Shown: positions 25,488-36,054 of the stretch, piece after piece
Numbering within the stretch: the first letter of the stretch is position 1
Layout: every line of letters begins with the position of its first letter
Assembly (NCBI GenBank): GCA_002269645.1
Contig: NIVC01002414.1
Coordinates: 62,001-126,000 of the forward strand
DNA length: 64,000 nucleotides
Source: Macrostomum lignano
Taxonomy: Eukaryota
Direction: 5' to 3'
Program-made: the position numbers and the translations under genes
The notes under the pieces: generated by a model
The model's input: only the letters and a program-made list of their open reading frames with translations
Databases searched by the model: none
What the model was told of the DNA's origin: nothing

Positions 25488-27748
25488 CACGAACTGTACG
25501 ATTACAATACGACTATGGCTAGACCAGCTTATCCACAGCACAGCCAGTATCAGCCGCAGAGTCATTATCTGCATCAGAATCAGCATCAGAATCAGCAGCA
25601 GCATCAGCAACCTCCGCAACTGCTGCAGCAGCAGCAACAGCAGCAGCAGTGCGGCGACGAATGCAGCTCAACGAGTCCAATCAGTCTGAGCGAACTCTCA
25701 GTTGGCTGTCTTACCAGCCTCTCGCAGGCCTCTGGGCCCTCCGTTGAGCTCGAGTATCCGGCAGCTTACATCTCCGATGATGGTATCGCTCACCTTCGAC
25801 TCAATAAGCATATCGCACTGGAGGTGTCAGACTATGCTATTCGGATTATCAACAACCGGAACAATTCGGCTCTGGCTGTGAGCAGCGCCGCCTCCATTGG
25901 CTCGCTGTATCATTACAATTGTCGGGGCTGGTTCGACACCGGAGCTCAACGAGTTGCTCTGGCATTCGACCGCGACTGCGAACTCATGCTCCGGGCGCCT
26001 AACCGGCCTTCGGTGGTGCGCAAAGGTCGCGAGTATTATCGGGTGACTCAATCGGGCATCAACTGCGCCAAAGAGGAAACCATCTACATCGCGCACGAGG
26101 ATCTCACCCATCAGCGTCTGTTCCGACGGAATAGCGACGAGAATTTTCCATTACAGGTGCAGGAAATGGTTAAGGGTTCCAAGGTGTGTCGCGACGCCAG
26201 CGGAGCAATTAATCGTGAGTAATCTTCTTTCTTACAGTAGCTTCATGCATAACTATTCTATGGCGTCATGAACAACCAAAACTACATTTTATCAGTCGAC
26301 TTGTGCTCCGTTCGAGCTGAACTCCAAGCAACTGGCGAGCTCAGAGTTTGGTGGACAGGACCGGACCGTTTCGTCAATCAAATGATTGTGTCGCCAACGT
26401 CTGGTGCGTTCACGCTGATTACTAATTCGTTAGAGATTGTTAATACGCCAAAGTGCGAGGTCACCGTAAAATTCGGCTGCGTCTCCATTCTACTCGGGTG
26501 AGATTTGGGGTTTGGAGGTTTTTAAGCACCGATAGCCATGGGGTGTTTAGTCTTGGAGTTTTATTAGGCACTAATAAGCAATGGGGTGTTGGCTTGGGGC
26601 TTAGAGTTTTATTAGGCACTGATAAGCAATGGGGTGTTGGCTTGGGGCTTGGAGTTTTATTAGGCACTGATAAGCAATGGGGTGTTGGGGCTTGGAGTTT
26701 TATTAGGCACCAATAGCAATGGGTGTTGGGGCTTGGAGTTTTATTAGGCACCAATAGCAATGGGGTGTTGGGGCTTGGAGTTTTATTAGGCACCAATAGC
26801 AATGGGTGTTGGGGCTTGGAGTTTTATTAGGCACCAATAGCAATGGGGTGTTGGGGCTTGGAGTTTTATTAGGCACCAATAGCAATGGGTGTTGGGGCTT
26901 GGAGTTTTATTAGGCACCAATAGCAATGGGGTGTTGGGGCTTGGAGTTTTATTAGGCACCAATAGCAATGGGTGTTGGGGCTTGGAGTTTTATTAGGCAC
27001 CAATAGCAATGGGGTGTTGGGGCTTGGAGTTTTATTAGGCACCAATAGCAATGGGTGTTGGGGCTTGGAGTTTTATTGACACTGCAAGCCATAGTGTGGT
27101 TATTTATAGGGGCGCTATGAAGTAAAATTGAATTTATTTCTTATACATTAGACTGCGCCAACTACAAATGTCAAATGGCGTGAAGAACTGCCTGCTAGAC
27201 CTCTATCCAATGGACGTTTTCGGCTGGAGCTGCCTCCCTCCAGATTATTACACAATGGCTAACGCCTGTCTTCCCCAGCATCATCAGCAGCAGTTGCATC
27301 AGCAGCATCATCATTCGTCGGTTGGCAAGCAGCAACACCACCAGCATCAGTATCATTATCCGCATCATCAGCACCAGCAGCATCACCAGGTGCAAGACCA
27401 TTTTTAGCTTTCACGGGGATTTGTCTTAAATTTTGTCTCGAAAATCTGATTAACTAATCCAACTGACTAAATCACCTTTGCCAACAGTACCAGCTTAGCA
27501 ATCCGAGTGGCTATTCCACCTACGACGATGGTGAGGACGACGCGCCAGCTTGGTTTATCAGGCAGCAGCAGGCGAGGCGGTTTGAGCAGCACCACCGATC
27601 TCAGCAGCAGCAACAGCAGCAACAGCAGCAACAACAACTTGAAGCAGCAAGTCTCGACGACGCCAAGACTGCTACCATGACAACAGCAACGGCTACATGC
27701 GAGTCAGCCGACGACAACGACGAGGAAGCAACGTCGGAGCTCTGCTGA
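24960..27748 (+). CDS. Uncharacterised protein with polyQ/H/A low-complexity ends and a central beta-rich domain, join(24960..26214,26296..26497,27152..27389,27488..27748), 651 aa
   Basis: Phase-matched introns C|GTGAGT..ATCAG|TC, GG|GTGAGA..ATTAG|A and CAG|GTGCAA..AACAG|TAC give a continuous frame to TGA 27746-27748. AATAAA at 27784. The start ATG and the last intron are less certain. Confidence 0.8.
26530..27078 (+). repeat. 41/42-bp minisatellite forming an 83-bp higher-order repeat, intronic
   Basis: TTATTAGGCACCAATAGCAATGGG(G)TGTTGGGGCTTGGAGTT; identical ORF translations recur every 83 bp. Confidence 0.92.
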
Positions 27749-28004
27749 CCGCCGACTTGCCGCGCTGGTGGACGCGAAGGTAAAATAAACGCGCACAAAT
27801 AGAACGAACCGCTCGATTCTTGTCATCTGATTTTTTAGTATTATTGAAATTGATTGACTGAACCGGACTGGTTGATTTTAAACGCTGATTGAATCCGACG
27901 ATTTAAGAGGGACAGATGAGAGATCTGGCTTAGCAATGAAATGCGTAGTGCCATTTCACTGACTTGCCGTTTCCTTAAACTCCATCACTCATAATTCAAT
28001 CCTC

Positions 28005-28665
28005 ACCCTCTCTCCGCCCCTGACTCTTCTCTATCTCCGCCCCTGACTCCTCTTTTCTCTCCGCCCCTGGCTCCTCTTGATCTCCGCCCCTGACTCCTCT
28101 TTTCTCTCCGCCCCTGGCTCCTCTTGATCTCCGCCCCTGACTCCTCTTTTCTCTCCGCCCCTGAATCCTCTCTATCTCCGCCTCTGACTCCTCTCTATCT
28201 CCGCCTCTGACTCCTCTCTATCTCCGCCTCTGACTCCCCTTTTCGCTCCGCCCCTGACTCCTCTCTATCTCCGCCTCTGACTCCTCTCTATCTCCGCCTC
28301 TGACTCCCCTTTTCGCTCCGCCCCTGACTCCTCTCTATCTCCGCCCTGACTCCTCTCTCTCTCCGCCTCTGACTCCTTTATACCTCCGCCCCTGACTCCT
28401 CTCTATCTCCGCCTCTGACTCCCCTTTTCGCTCCGCCCCTGACTCCTCTCTATCTCCGCCCTGACTCCTCTCTATCTCCGCCCCTGACTCCTCTCTATCT
28501 CTGCCCCTGACTCCTTTTTCTCCGCTCCTTATCTCTCTCACTATCCGCCCCTTATCCTATTCACTATCAGCCCCTTATCCCTCTCACTATCCGCTCCTTA
28601 TCCCTCTCACTATCCGCCCCTTATCCTATTCACTATCCGCCCCTTACCCCTCTCACTATCCGCCC
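28005..28665 (+). repeat. 23-24-bp minisatellite (CTCCTCTCTATCTCCGCCCCTGA)
   Basis: Tandem copies, degenerating at the 3' end. Confidence 0.88.
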
Positions 28666-29974
28666 TTTCAACAGCAAATATCTTTGTAAGCAGTTGGTAG
28701 AAAAATTAATTGCAAACTCTTTCAATTGCCTCTGGTCGGGCTGTCCATTGCTCACAAAATGCCTATTTGTTAGAACAAAGTGCTTTAATATTTGTTTACA
28801 TATCAAAATGTGTGCCCACTGTAAATTCATACCCAGTACAAGTACTTATGAGTGACAGCTCTCTCCCCGATGCTAAATATTTAATCTGTCTGTGATTTTA
28901 ATTAGCAAGTACATACCTACACGTATTTGCGAGCTAGAAGTTTGTGCGAATTCAATTATAAATATAATGATTGTTTCTATTATGGTTAAATAGCCGCGTC
29001 TTTGACCTTCTAGTGTCCTTGTTTCGATAAAAGATTACGATGTACTTTGAGATTAGACTGGGTTGCTAATCTAGCCAATAACTCTCTAGAAATGAAAAAT
29101 ATCTTAACACACTTGTTTATCTTCAACAGTTCAAATTATCAACGATGATTGCAGCAGTAATCACAACGCGATAGAAAATTTTCGAATTTGAACTTTTAGA
29201 TTATAACAAAATTTAAATGATCGTTTTCACATAATTCATAATCACAATTCAGCGAAGTTTACTACGCTCATGGAAGGATGGAAGTGTCATTTTGAATTTT
29301 TGCTTCGAACTAACAAATCGCCATTAAAATATTCGAGCTTGCATTTTAGATAAACGAAAATAATGTCCTTTTTGAATAGACAGTATCTCTGATTGAGCTT
29401 TTTAACAAATTATTAAACACTTTAAAAGAGAATATCATATTTAAAAAGTTAATATTCTCGTCATCAAATAAAACAATCAATTAATCTATCCAGCATCGTG
29501 GCCACTCGTTCAAGTGGACGCAAACGGGGCATGTTATAACAAAAAATGTTATTATAATCTTTGTTAAAATCGATAATAAGAATGAATTAAGAAATTACAC
29601 GACAGAAAATATTTACTCTGTACTCGCATAATAAGTTAATTGACTAAAACACACAAGCTAGCATGAACAAAATCTTTGAGTTTTGCTAAGATTTGCTACT
29701 AAAACAGTAGTAAGTAGCGAGTATGACTAATTATGAATATGGATAGCTGAATTTGTGGCGGCGCCTAAATGTGTTTAAATGGAAGCTGCTGTGTAATGTG
29801 TAGCAAACAGCAACAGTATATAGATGTAATAATCCGTATAAATAGGCAGAATTAGCATTGAATCCGATATTATTTTTCAAATTTGCAAATTTACATGGCT
29901 GACTCTTATCGAGCAATGTGCTGCGAACAGAGAGACATGCTGACATTGGAATTGTGCGCACATGCAGATGTGAA

Positions 29975-30765
29975 TATCCTATCTATCCCATCTATATCCC
30001 ATTTATCCCATCTATATCCCATTTATCCCATCTATATCCCATTTATCACATCTATATCCCATTTATCACATCTATATCTAATTTATCACATCTACAACCC
30101 ATTTATCACATCTATATCCCATTTATCACATCTATATCCCCTTTATCACATCTATATCCCATTTACCACATCTATATCCCGTCTATCTTATCAATTTAAT
30201 CTATCAATCCCAATTTTCCCATCTATCCCATCTATCCCATTTATCTTATGTATCCCATCTATCCCACCTATCCAATATACCCATCTATCCCATTTATCTT
30301 ATGTATCCCATCTATATCCCATCTATATCACCTATCCCACCTATCCAATATATCCCATCTATCCAATCTATCCCATCATCTATCCCATCTATCCCATTTA
30401 TCCCAACTATCCCATCTATTCCCTTTATCCCATTTATCCCATTTATTCCATTTATCCCACTTATCCCATTTATCCCATTTATCCCATTAATCCCAACTAT
30501 TCTATACCCCATTTATCCCATCTATTGCATTTATCCCATCTATTGCATTTATCCCATCTATCCCATTTATCCCACCTATCCCACCTATCCAATGTATCCC
30601 ATCTATCCAATCTATCCCATCATCTATCCCATCTATCCCATTTATCCCATCTATCCCATCTATCCCATTTATCCCATCTATCCCATTTATTCCAACTATT
30701 TTATCTATCCCATCTATCCCACCTACGAAGGATATCCCATCTATCCCATCTATCCCATCTATTGT
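29975..30765 (+). repeat. 9/18-bp repeat (TATCCCATC/TATCCCATT) downstream of the muscarinic receptor stop
   Basis: Tandem copies; source of the IYPIYP and IDGIDG ORFs. Confidence 0.9.
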
Positions 30766-30867
30766 TTGGGAATTTAACAATCAAAACTGATTATGCAGAC
30801 AATATTTAAAAAAATATCCAATTGACTGACAGGGGTTGGTGAGGGCTTCACAAGTCTCAGGACGCGG

Positions 30868-33339
30868 TTATCTACGTCGAAGATCCAGCCGAAAGATTCT
30901 AAGGAAGGTCTTCTTAAACTGAGCGTTAGCCAAGGCGTAGCAGAACGGATTGATGGGGCTGTTCATGTAGCACAGCCAGTAGCCCAGGTTGTACAGATGA
31001 GGATTGAGGCAGGTGCCTTTGCAGATGCTCCTGATGAGAATGAACACGTGGTAGGGCGTCCAGCAGGCCACGAAGGCGCCGAGGATCAAACTGATTGTCT
31101 TCAATGCCTTCCGGGCTCGATTCTCCGTTCGCGACTGTTTCTTGGCCAGCTTCAGCGTCTTGCCAGCGGCTCGGCTGCCCACCTGGCGTCGGATGCGACG
31201 AGTTGCGTCGCGAAGATACCGCGTGACTTGTGACACCGCGGCCACCCGACGGCTGGCTGAGGTTCGAGCCCGGGGTGCCTCCTCATCTGTCTGATCCAAG
31301 ATGGTGAGCTCGCAGCTGTTCCCGCTGGCTGGCAGCTCCACTACCGAAGTCACAATCCGATCGGTCAGGAACGCATCCTCCGTGGTGGCCGTTGGTGTCG
31401 CTGCCGCGGTTGTTTTCGTTGTCTCGGAGTTTCTCCGACAATCGGACGATCGCTGGAAGGACGTTCGACGTTTCCACACCGGCGAAGAGCCGCCGCGACC
31501 GCCCTCCCGTTCACCCGAGTTGAGCTGCTGACGCCACCAACGCTTAGGCAGCAGCTCCACCAGAAGGCGCATCGAGTCGATTGACGGATTTGACCGGATG
31601 CTGTCCTCGTCGATGTAGCGCAGGCCTTCAAACTGGTCAGACGGGGCGCAGAGCGAGTACGGCGGCGGCGGCTGCTGTTGCTGCTGCTGCTGTTTCTGCT
31701 GTTGTCCGCCCTGACTGTCATCTGGTAGCATCTGGTGCACTGGCACAGCAAAGTGCACCATAGCCAGGCTGCCATTGACGTCTAGGGCCGGGTTCTCGTA
31801 GCTCAGTCCGCTGGCTGTGTGGTAGTCTGAGTCACTGGATGCGTTCATTGGCAACGCCCTGCGCTGTTGCTGTTGTTGCGGCTGCTGCTGCTGCTGCTGG
31901 TCTCCATGAAGCTGCTTAGACACCTGCGGTGGAGGCGGCAGAGGCGGAAGCGGCGGCGGCGGTGTCTCCACTAGCACCGGGCTCTGGATCGCCGAGAGCG
32001 GCGGCGCTGTCCTTCCAGTTTTTGCCTGTTGCTGCTTCTGATAATGATGATGTTGCTGTTGTTGCTGCTTCTTCTGCTTTCGGTGCTGCTTCTGATTGTT
32101 CGAAGCCTGGGCCGCGTCTTGGCCGTTGTCCGAGTCGGAAGGCAGCACCGGGGAGCTCGACCGGTCCTCGTCGCCCGAACTGTTAACGCCTCGGCCAGCG
32201 CCGGCGCCTCGCTGCTGCCGCTGCCTCAGCTGCTGCTGCTGCTGCTGGTGCAGCTTCTTGCGCTCCCGTTTCGACATCTTCCTGTCGCTGCCGGAGAAGC
32301 CCGTAGCGCCGGTCGCTTCATCTTTTCTGCTCGACACTGCCGCCTTCCGATTTGACGGCATCAACGGATCGTGCGGGCCGCCGTCGTCCCCGACGTCGCC
32401 GCCACCGACGCCTGCGTGTCCACCGGTGGCACCGGAGGTTGCTGCCGACTCGGACGCGGCTGGCCGACCCGCTGCTCCGCCGGCACCGCCACCTCCGCCT
32501 CTGCCGCCGTTGCCTCCAGCGCCGCCGCCTCCAGTGGAGGACAAATTAATCAAATTGTTCACCTTCTGGCGTTTGGCCTCGGACTTTCTGGCCAGCTGGA
32601 GCGCTACGCGGTAGATGCCGATGTACAGCCCGATCATCACGGCCAGGGTCACCCAGAAGTAGCAGATGGTCAGCACAGTGTTGTACACAGGATCCTCCGA
32701 GAACTCGGCGAAGCACTCGTTGTCGTTCCGTTGGCTGCTGGCAACATACGGCCAGGCAAAAATCGGCGGCACAAAGAGCAGAGCGGGCAGGACCCAAGTG
32801 GCCGCCACCATGACTTGCACCTTTCGCTCTGTTCTCCATTTTCTATACTTGGCGGGTATTTTCACCGAGCAGAATCGGTCAACCGTGATGCAGAACACTG
32901 TGTACTGCGAGGTCAGACAGGCCGTGTAGTCCAGAGACAGCCACAGGTCGCAGACAATTCTGCCTAGTGGCCACTGGCCCAGCAACAGGTACAGAGTGTA
33001 CAGGTTCATGCTGAACATGCCAATTAATAAGTCTGTAATTGCCAACGACGCAATAAAATAATTTGTTGCGCTGCGAAGCTGGCGTTCAACGAAGAATGCC
33101 GTTACCACTAGAAGGTTTCCAACAACGGTAACGAAACTGGCGATAGAGGCTAGCAGGCCCAGAAGTACCATGACAGGTGGAGAATAGTCCGGCTCTCTGG
33201 CAGCTCCGGGAGAAGCGATAGTCGTGTTGTTTGCCATCGTAGTTGACATTATCGTTGCTGTTGTTGTCATTGTTGTTGCTGTTGTTGCGGCTTCGCTAAA
33301 CGCCAAGTCGATGGCTAGTTTAGCTAATTGCGCTGTCAT
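30868..33339 (-). CDS. mAChR-B: Muscarinic acetylcholine receptor, B-type (GAR-1/GAR-2-like), single coding exon, 823 aa, very long ICL3
   Basis: Seven TMs. TM3 WLSLDYTACLTSQYTVFCITVDRFCSVKIPAKYR (Asp3.32); TM6 RARKALKTISLILGAFVACWTPYH; TM7 YWLCYMNSPINPFCYALANAQFKKTF. These match the invertebrate B-type signature. Confidence 0.93.
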   Translation of the reverse strand: MTAQLAKLAIDLAFSEAATTATTMTTTATIMSTTMANNTTIASPGAAREPDYSPPVMVLLGLLASIASFVTVVGNLLVVTAFFVERQLRSATNYFIASLAITDLLIGMFSMNLYTLYLLLGQWPLGRIVCDLWLSLDYTACLTSQYTVFCITVDRFCSVKIPAKYRKWRTERKVQVMVAATWVLPALLFVPPIFAWPYVASSQRNDNECFAEFSEDPVYNTVLTICYFWVTLAVMIGLYIGIYRVALQLARKSEAKRQKVNNLINLSSTGGGGAGGNGGRGGGGGAGGAAGRPAASESAATSGATGGHAGVGGGDVGDDGGPHDPLMPSNRKAAVSSRKDEATGATGFSGSDRKMSKRERKKLHQQQQQQLRQRQQRGAGAGRGVNSSGDEDRSSSPVLPSDSDNGQDAAQASNNQKQHRKQKKQQQQQHHHYQKQQQAKTGRTAPPLSAIQSPVLVETPPPPLPPLPPPPQVSKQLHGDQQQQQQPQQQQQRRALPMNASSDSDYHTASGLSYENPALDVNGSLAMVHFAVPVHQMLPDDSQGGQQQKQQQQQQQPPPPYSLCAPSDQFEGLRYIDEDSIRSNPSIDSMRLLVELLPKRWWRQQLNSGEREGGRGGSSPVWKRRTSFQRSSDCRRNSETTKTTAAATPTATTEDAFLTDRIVTSVVELPASGNSCELTILDQTDEEAPRARTSASRRVAAVSQVTRYLRDATRRIRRQVGSRAAGKTLKLAKKQSRTENRARKALKTISLILGAFVACWTPYHVFILIRSICKGTCLNPHLYNLGYWLCYMNSPINPFCYALANAQFKKTFLRIFRLDLRRR

Positions 33340-33534
33340 GTTGGCTGCTGTGCTGTTAGCTTGTTGTTGAAGTGTCGTTTCGAGTTTTAACTCTGCGGGT
33401 TCGCGGAGTTTGAGTTGATTGAAGATGCCCGAGCTTGGGCCTGTGCTTCCAGACCTTGATACGGCTCACTAATTAGAGCAGGAGTTGGTAAACTATTTTT
33501 TTAACTTAAGGGCCAGACGTAGAATCTAGGGTAA

Positions 33535-34085
33535 GAAGAGAGGAGAAAGGAGAGAAGAGGGGAGAGCGAAGGAGAGAGAGGAGAGAGAGGGAGAGAAGGA
33601 GAGAGGAGGGGAGAAGGAGAGAGGAGGGGAGAAGGAGAGAGGAGGGGAGAGGGAGAGAGGAGGGGAGAAGGAGAGAGGAGAGAGGAGGGTAGAGAGGAGA
33701 GTGGAGAGAGAAGGGGAGAGAGGAGAGAAGGGATAGTAGGAGAGATGGGAGAGGAGGGAGAGAGGAGAGAGGAAGGGAGATAGGAGAGAGGAGGGGAGAG
33801 AAGAGAGAGGAGGGGAGAGGAGGGGAGAGAAGAGAGAGGAGGGGAAAGGAGGGGAGAGAGGAGAGAGGAAGGGAGAGAGGAGAGAGGAGGAGAGAGGAGA
33901 GGGGAGGAGAGAAGAGAGGAGGGTGAGAAGAGAGAGGAGGGGAGAGGAGGGGAGAGAGGAGAGATGAAGGGAGAGAGGAGAGGAGGGGAGAGGGGAGAGG
34001 AGGGGAGAGGAGGGGAGAGAGGAGAGATGAAGGAGAGAGGAGAGGAGGGAGAGGGGAGAGGAGGGGAGAGGGGAAGCGAGAAAGG
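33535..34085 (+). repeat. GA-rich homopurine low-complexity tract
   Basis: GGAGA/GAGAG units, almost only G and A. Confidence 0.9.
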
Positions 34086-35149
34086 AGAGCTGAGAAGAGA
34101 CACAAACCCTGAGCGGGCCGGATTGCTATTGTGAAGTTTCAAAGCACCGAGAGCCGGATAGAGAGGCTTCGCGGGCCGGAGTTGGCCGACTCTTAAATTA
34201 GAAGGACGTTATGCGCTTACAAGAGCATTTATTATTTACATTCATAGTGTAAATCATAGTGTAGATCATTGTGTAGATCAATATGTAAATTACAAGTAGC
34301 CATGAAATTCTGGTGTGGTCAAAGTACTACTAAAGTCAGATTGTTAAGTTGCATTCTGATAGCTCATACTGACTATTTTTTATACAATCTTTAGCTACTC
34401 AAACGTCCTACCCTACTCAGCAGTAGCATTAATAATATTAAGTAATATATCACCAAATTTTGCAAACCAAAAAACGGCAAAATTTTCAGCTATAAATAAT
34501 TCCAGTAGACAGCATCGAGGTCTGCATACGGAAGCCCCTGATTGATCCCCCCATTTTCCCTCTGAAAAGAGAAAAATGGAAGAGCACTTTGTTTAATTAA
34601 AACAGTATTTTTTTCGACTGGCATTTACATTCAGTCGGACAGTCAATGCTCCACATTGAATATTGTGGCGCAGGAATGGCCCAATTTAGTTCGTGCGTCT
34701 GCATTCGGAGAGAGATTTACAGCATGCACCGTTGTTTATTTTATTGGCGTATTCAGGGCTAGAGGCTTGTGTCTAACGACATGATGGATGCTTACTAATG
34801 TATGGGGGGAGTGGGATCAGGGATAGCTAACTGCAAGAGCACAGGTGTACAAGCTTGTTTGTGCAGAATCAGATAAAACAAAATCTATAATAGCTAACTG
34901 ATTATCAAATTTTCGTTTTCAAAAAAAATAATTGTTTTAAAGTACTTGTTGCCCTATTGTTCACAAGCTTAAAAGTGAGTTGGAATGCTAGTTTAGTTAA
35001 AGGCAACCAGCACTATAGGCGACATTGTCACCAAACTTCGAGATTTATTAATGCCCATTCCGCCGACTCCCCTGAGCAGGCACACAAGCGCGCGGATATG
35101 TACGCAGTCATACGCACAGGCACACACTCACACAGAAGTGTAAGTCCAT

Positions 35150-35413
35150 AGAGGCTTCAAAATATCAAAATCTCAAAATCTCACCTGACCAGAGTGAGCT
35201 GGAGGCTTCAAAATCTCAAAATCTCAAAATCTCACCTCTGACCAGAGTGAGATAGAGGCTTCAAAATCTTAAAATCTCAAAATCTCACCTGAACAGAGGG
35301 AGATGGAGGCTTCAAAATCTCAAAATCTCAAAGTCTCACCTGACCAGAGTGAGGTAGAGGCTTCAAAATCTTAAAATCTCAAAATCTCACCTGACCAGAG
35401 TGAGATGGAGGCT
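35150..35413 (-). repeat. Five tandem 51-53-bp units, each containing a consensus 5' splice site (AG|GTGAGA on minus)
   Basis: Plus-strand CTCAC|CT motifs with boundaries at 35184, 35235, 35288, 35339 and 35390. Confidence 0.85.
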
Positions 35414-35611
35414 ATAAGTCTCATCATGAAGCAGCAGAAAATGATCTTTTAATCCAAGTCGCTGATGACATGACAGCAAAGGCAGCCGCAAAAATTCTGA
35501 GTCCTCCTGGCCGACCTCCCTAATTAGCTCAACCGAAGCCTTAGCAACTCGACCATTGGCTTGAAACATCTCTTCATTTCCCTCTCTACCAGCAGGTGAT
35601 ACGAAAGCCAC
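35391..35611 (-). other. Candidate upstream exon of the muscarinic receptor gene
   Basis: Open frame of about 74 codons between an acceptor-like TTTTTTCAAG and a perfect CAG|GTGAGA donor, 1.9 kb upstream of the receptor. Not confirmed. Confidence 0.35.
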
Positions 35612-36054
35612 TTGAAAAAATGCTAATTAAAACTCTTTGAGTCAGCTCTTTCGAAATTGAGGAGGGCGACTCGTGTTGAACTCTTTGACAGCTGAATTCG
35701 GTTAAGCGATTAATTATTATTTTAAATTGGAAAGTTCTGTCAACCAGTCTGTCTGTCTGTCTGTCTGTCTGTCAATTTCGCTGATGAAATTATGGCCAAT
35801 ATTAAATTGCTTCAACTAAGAGGATTAATTCACTTTTTCTAAAACCAGAAAAATGAATTGAAAATGTTTTGTATAGATGCACTCAGCGTTATGAAATCTC
35901 ATAATTGTGTTTTCAAATGAAACCGCTAAATTTGGTTTTGGCTGGCTTGTGGCGCCCTTGTCTGTGAGCTGCAGTGCGCCGTGTCACACTAAATATAGCT
36001 CCACACATGCAATGAAACGTTCTTCTCTGTTTCACATACTTCACTTCATTCACG

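Noticed and set aside
30312-30780. Collagen-like (G-I-D/N)n ORFs on the minus strand
   Set aside because: Translation of a 9-bp repeat; no signal peptide or Pro-rich triplets.
30997-32967. Several plus-strand and alternative-frame ORFs over the receptor
   Set aside because: Shadow ORFs of a GC-rich coding sequence.
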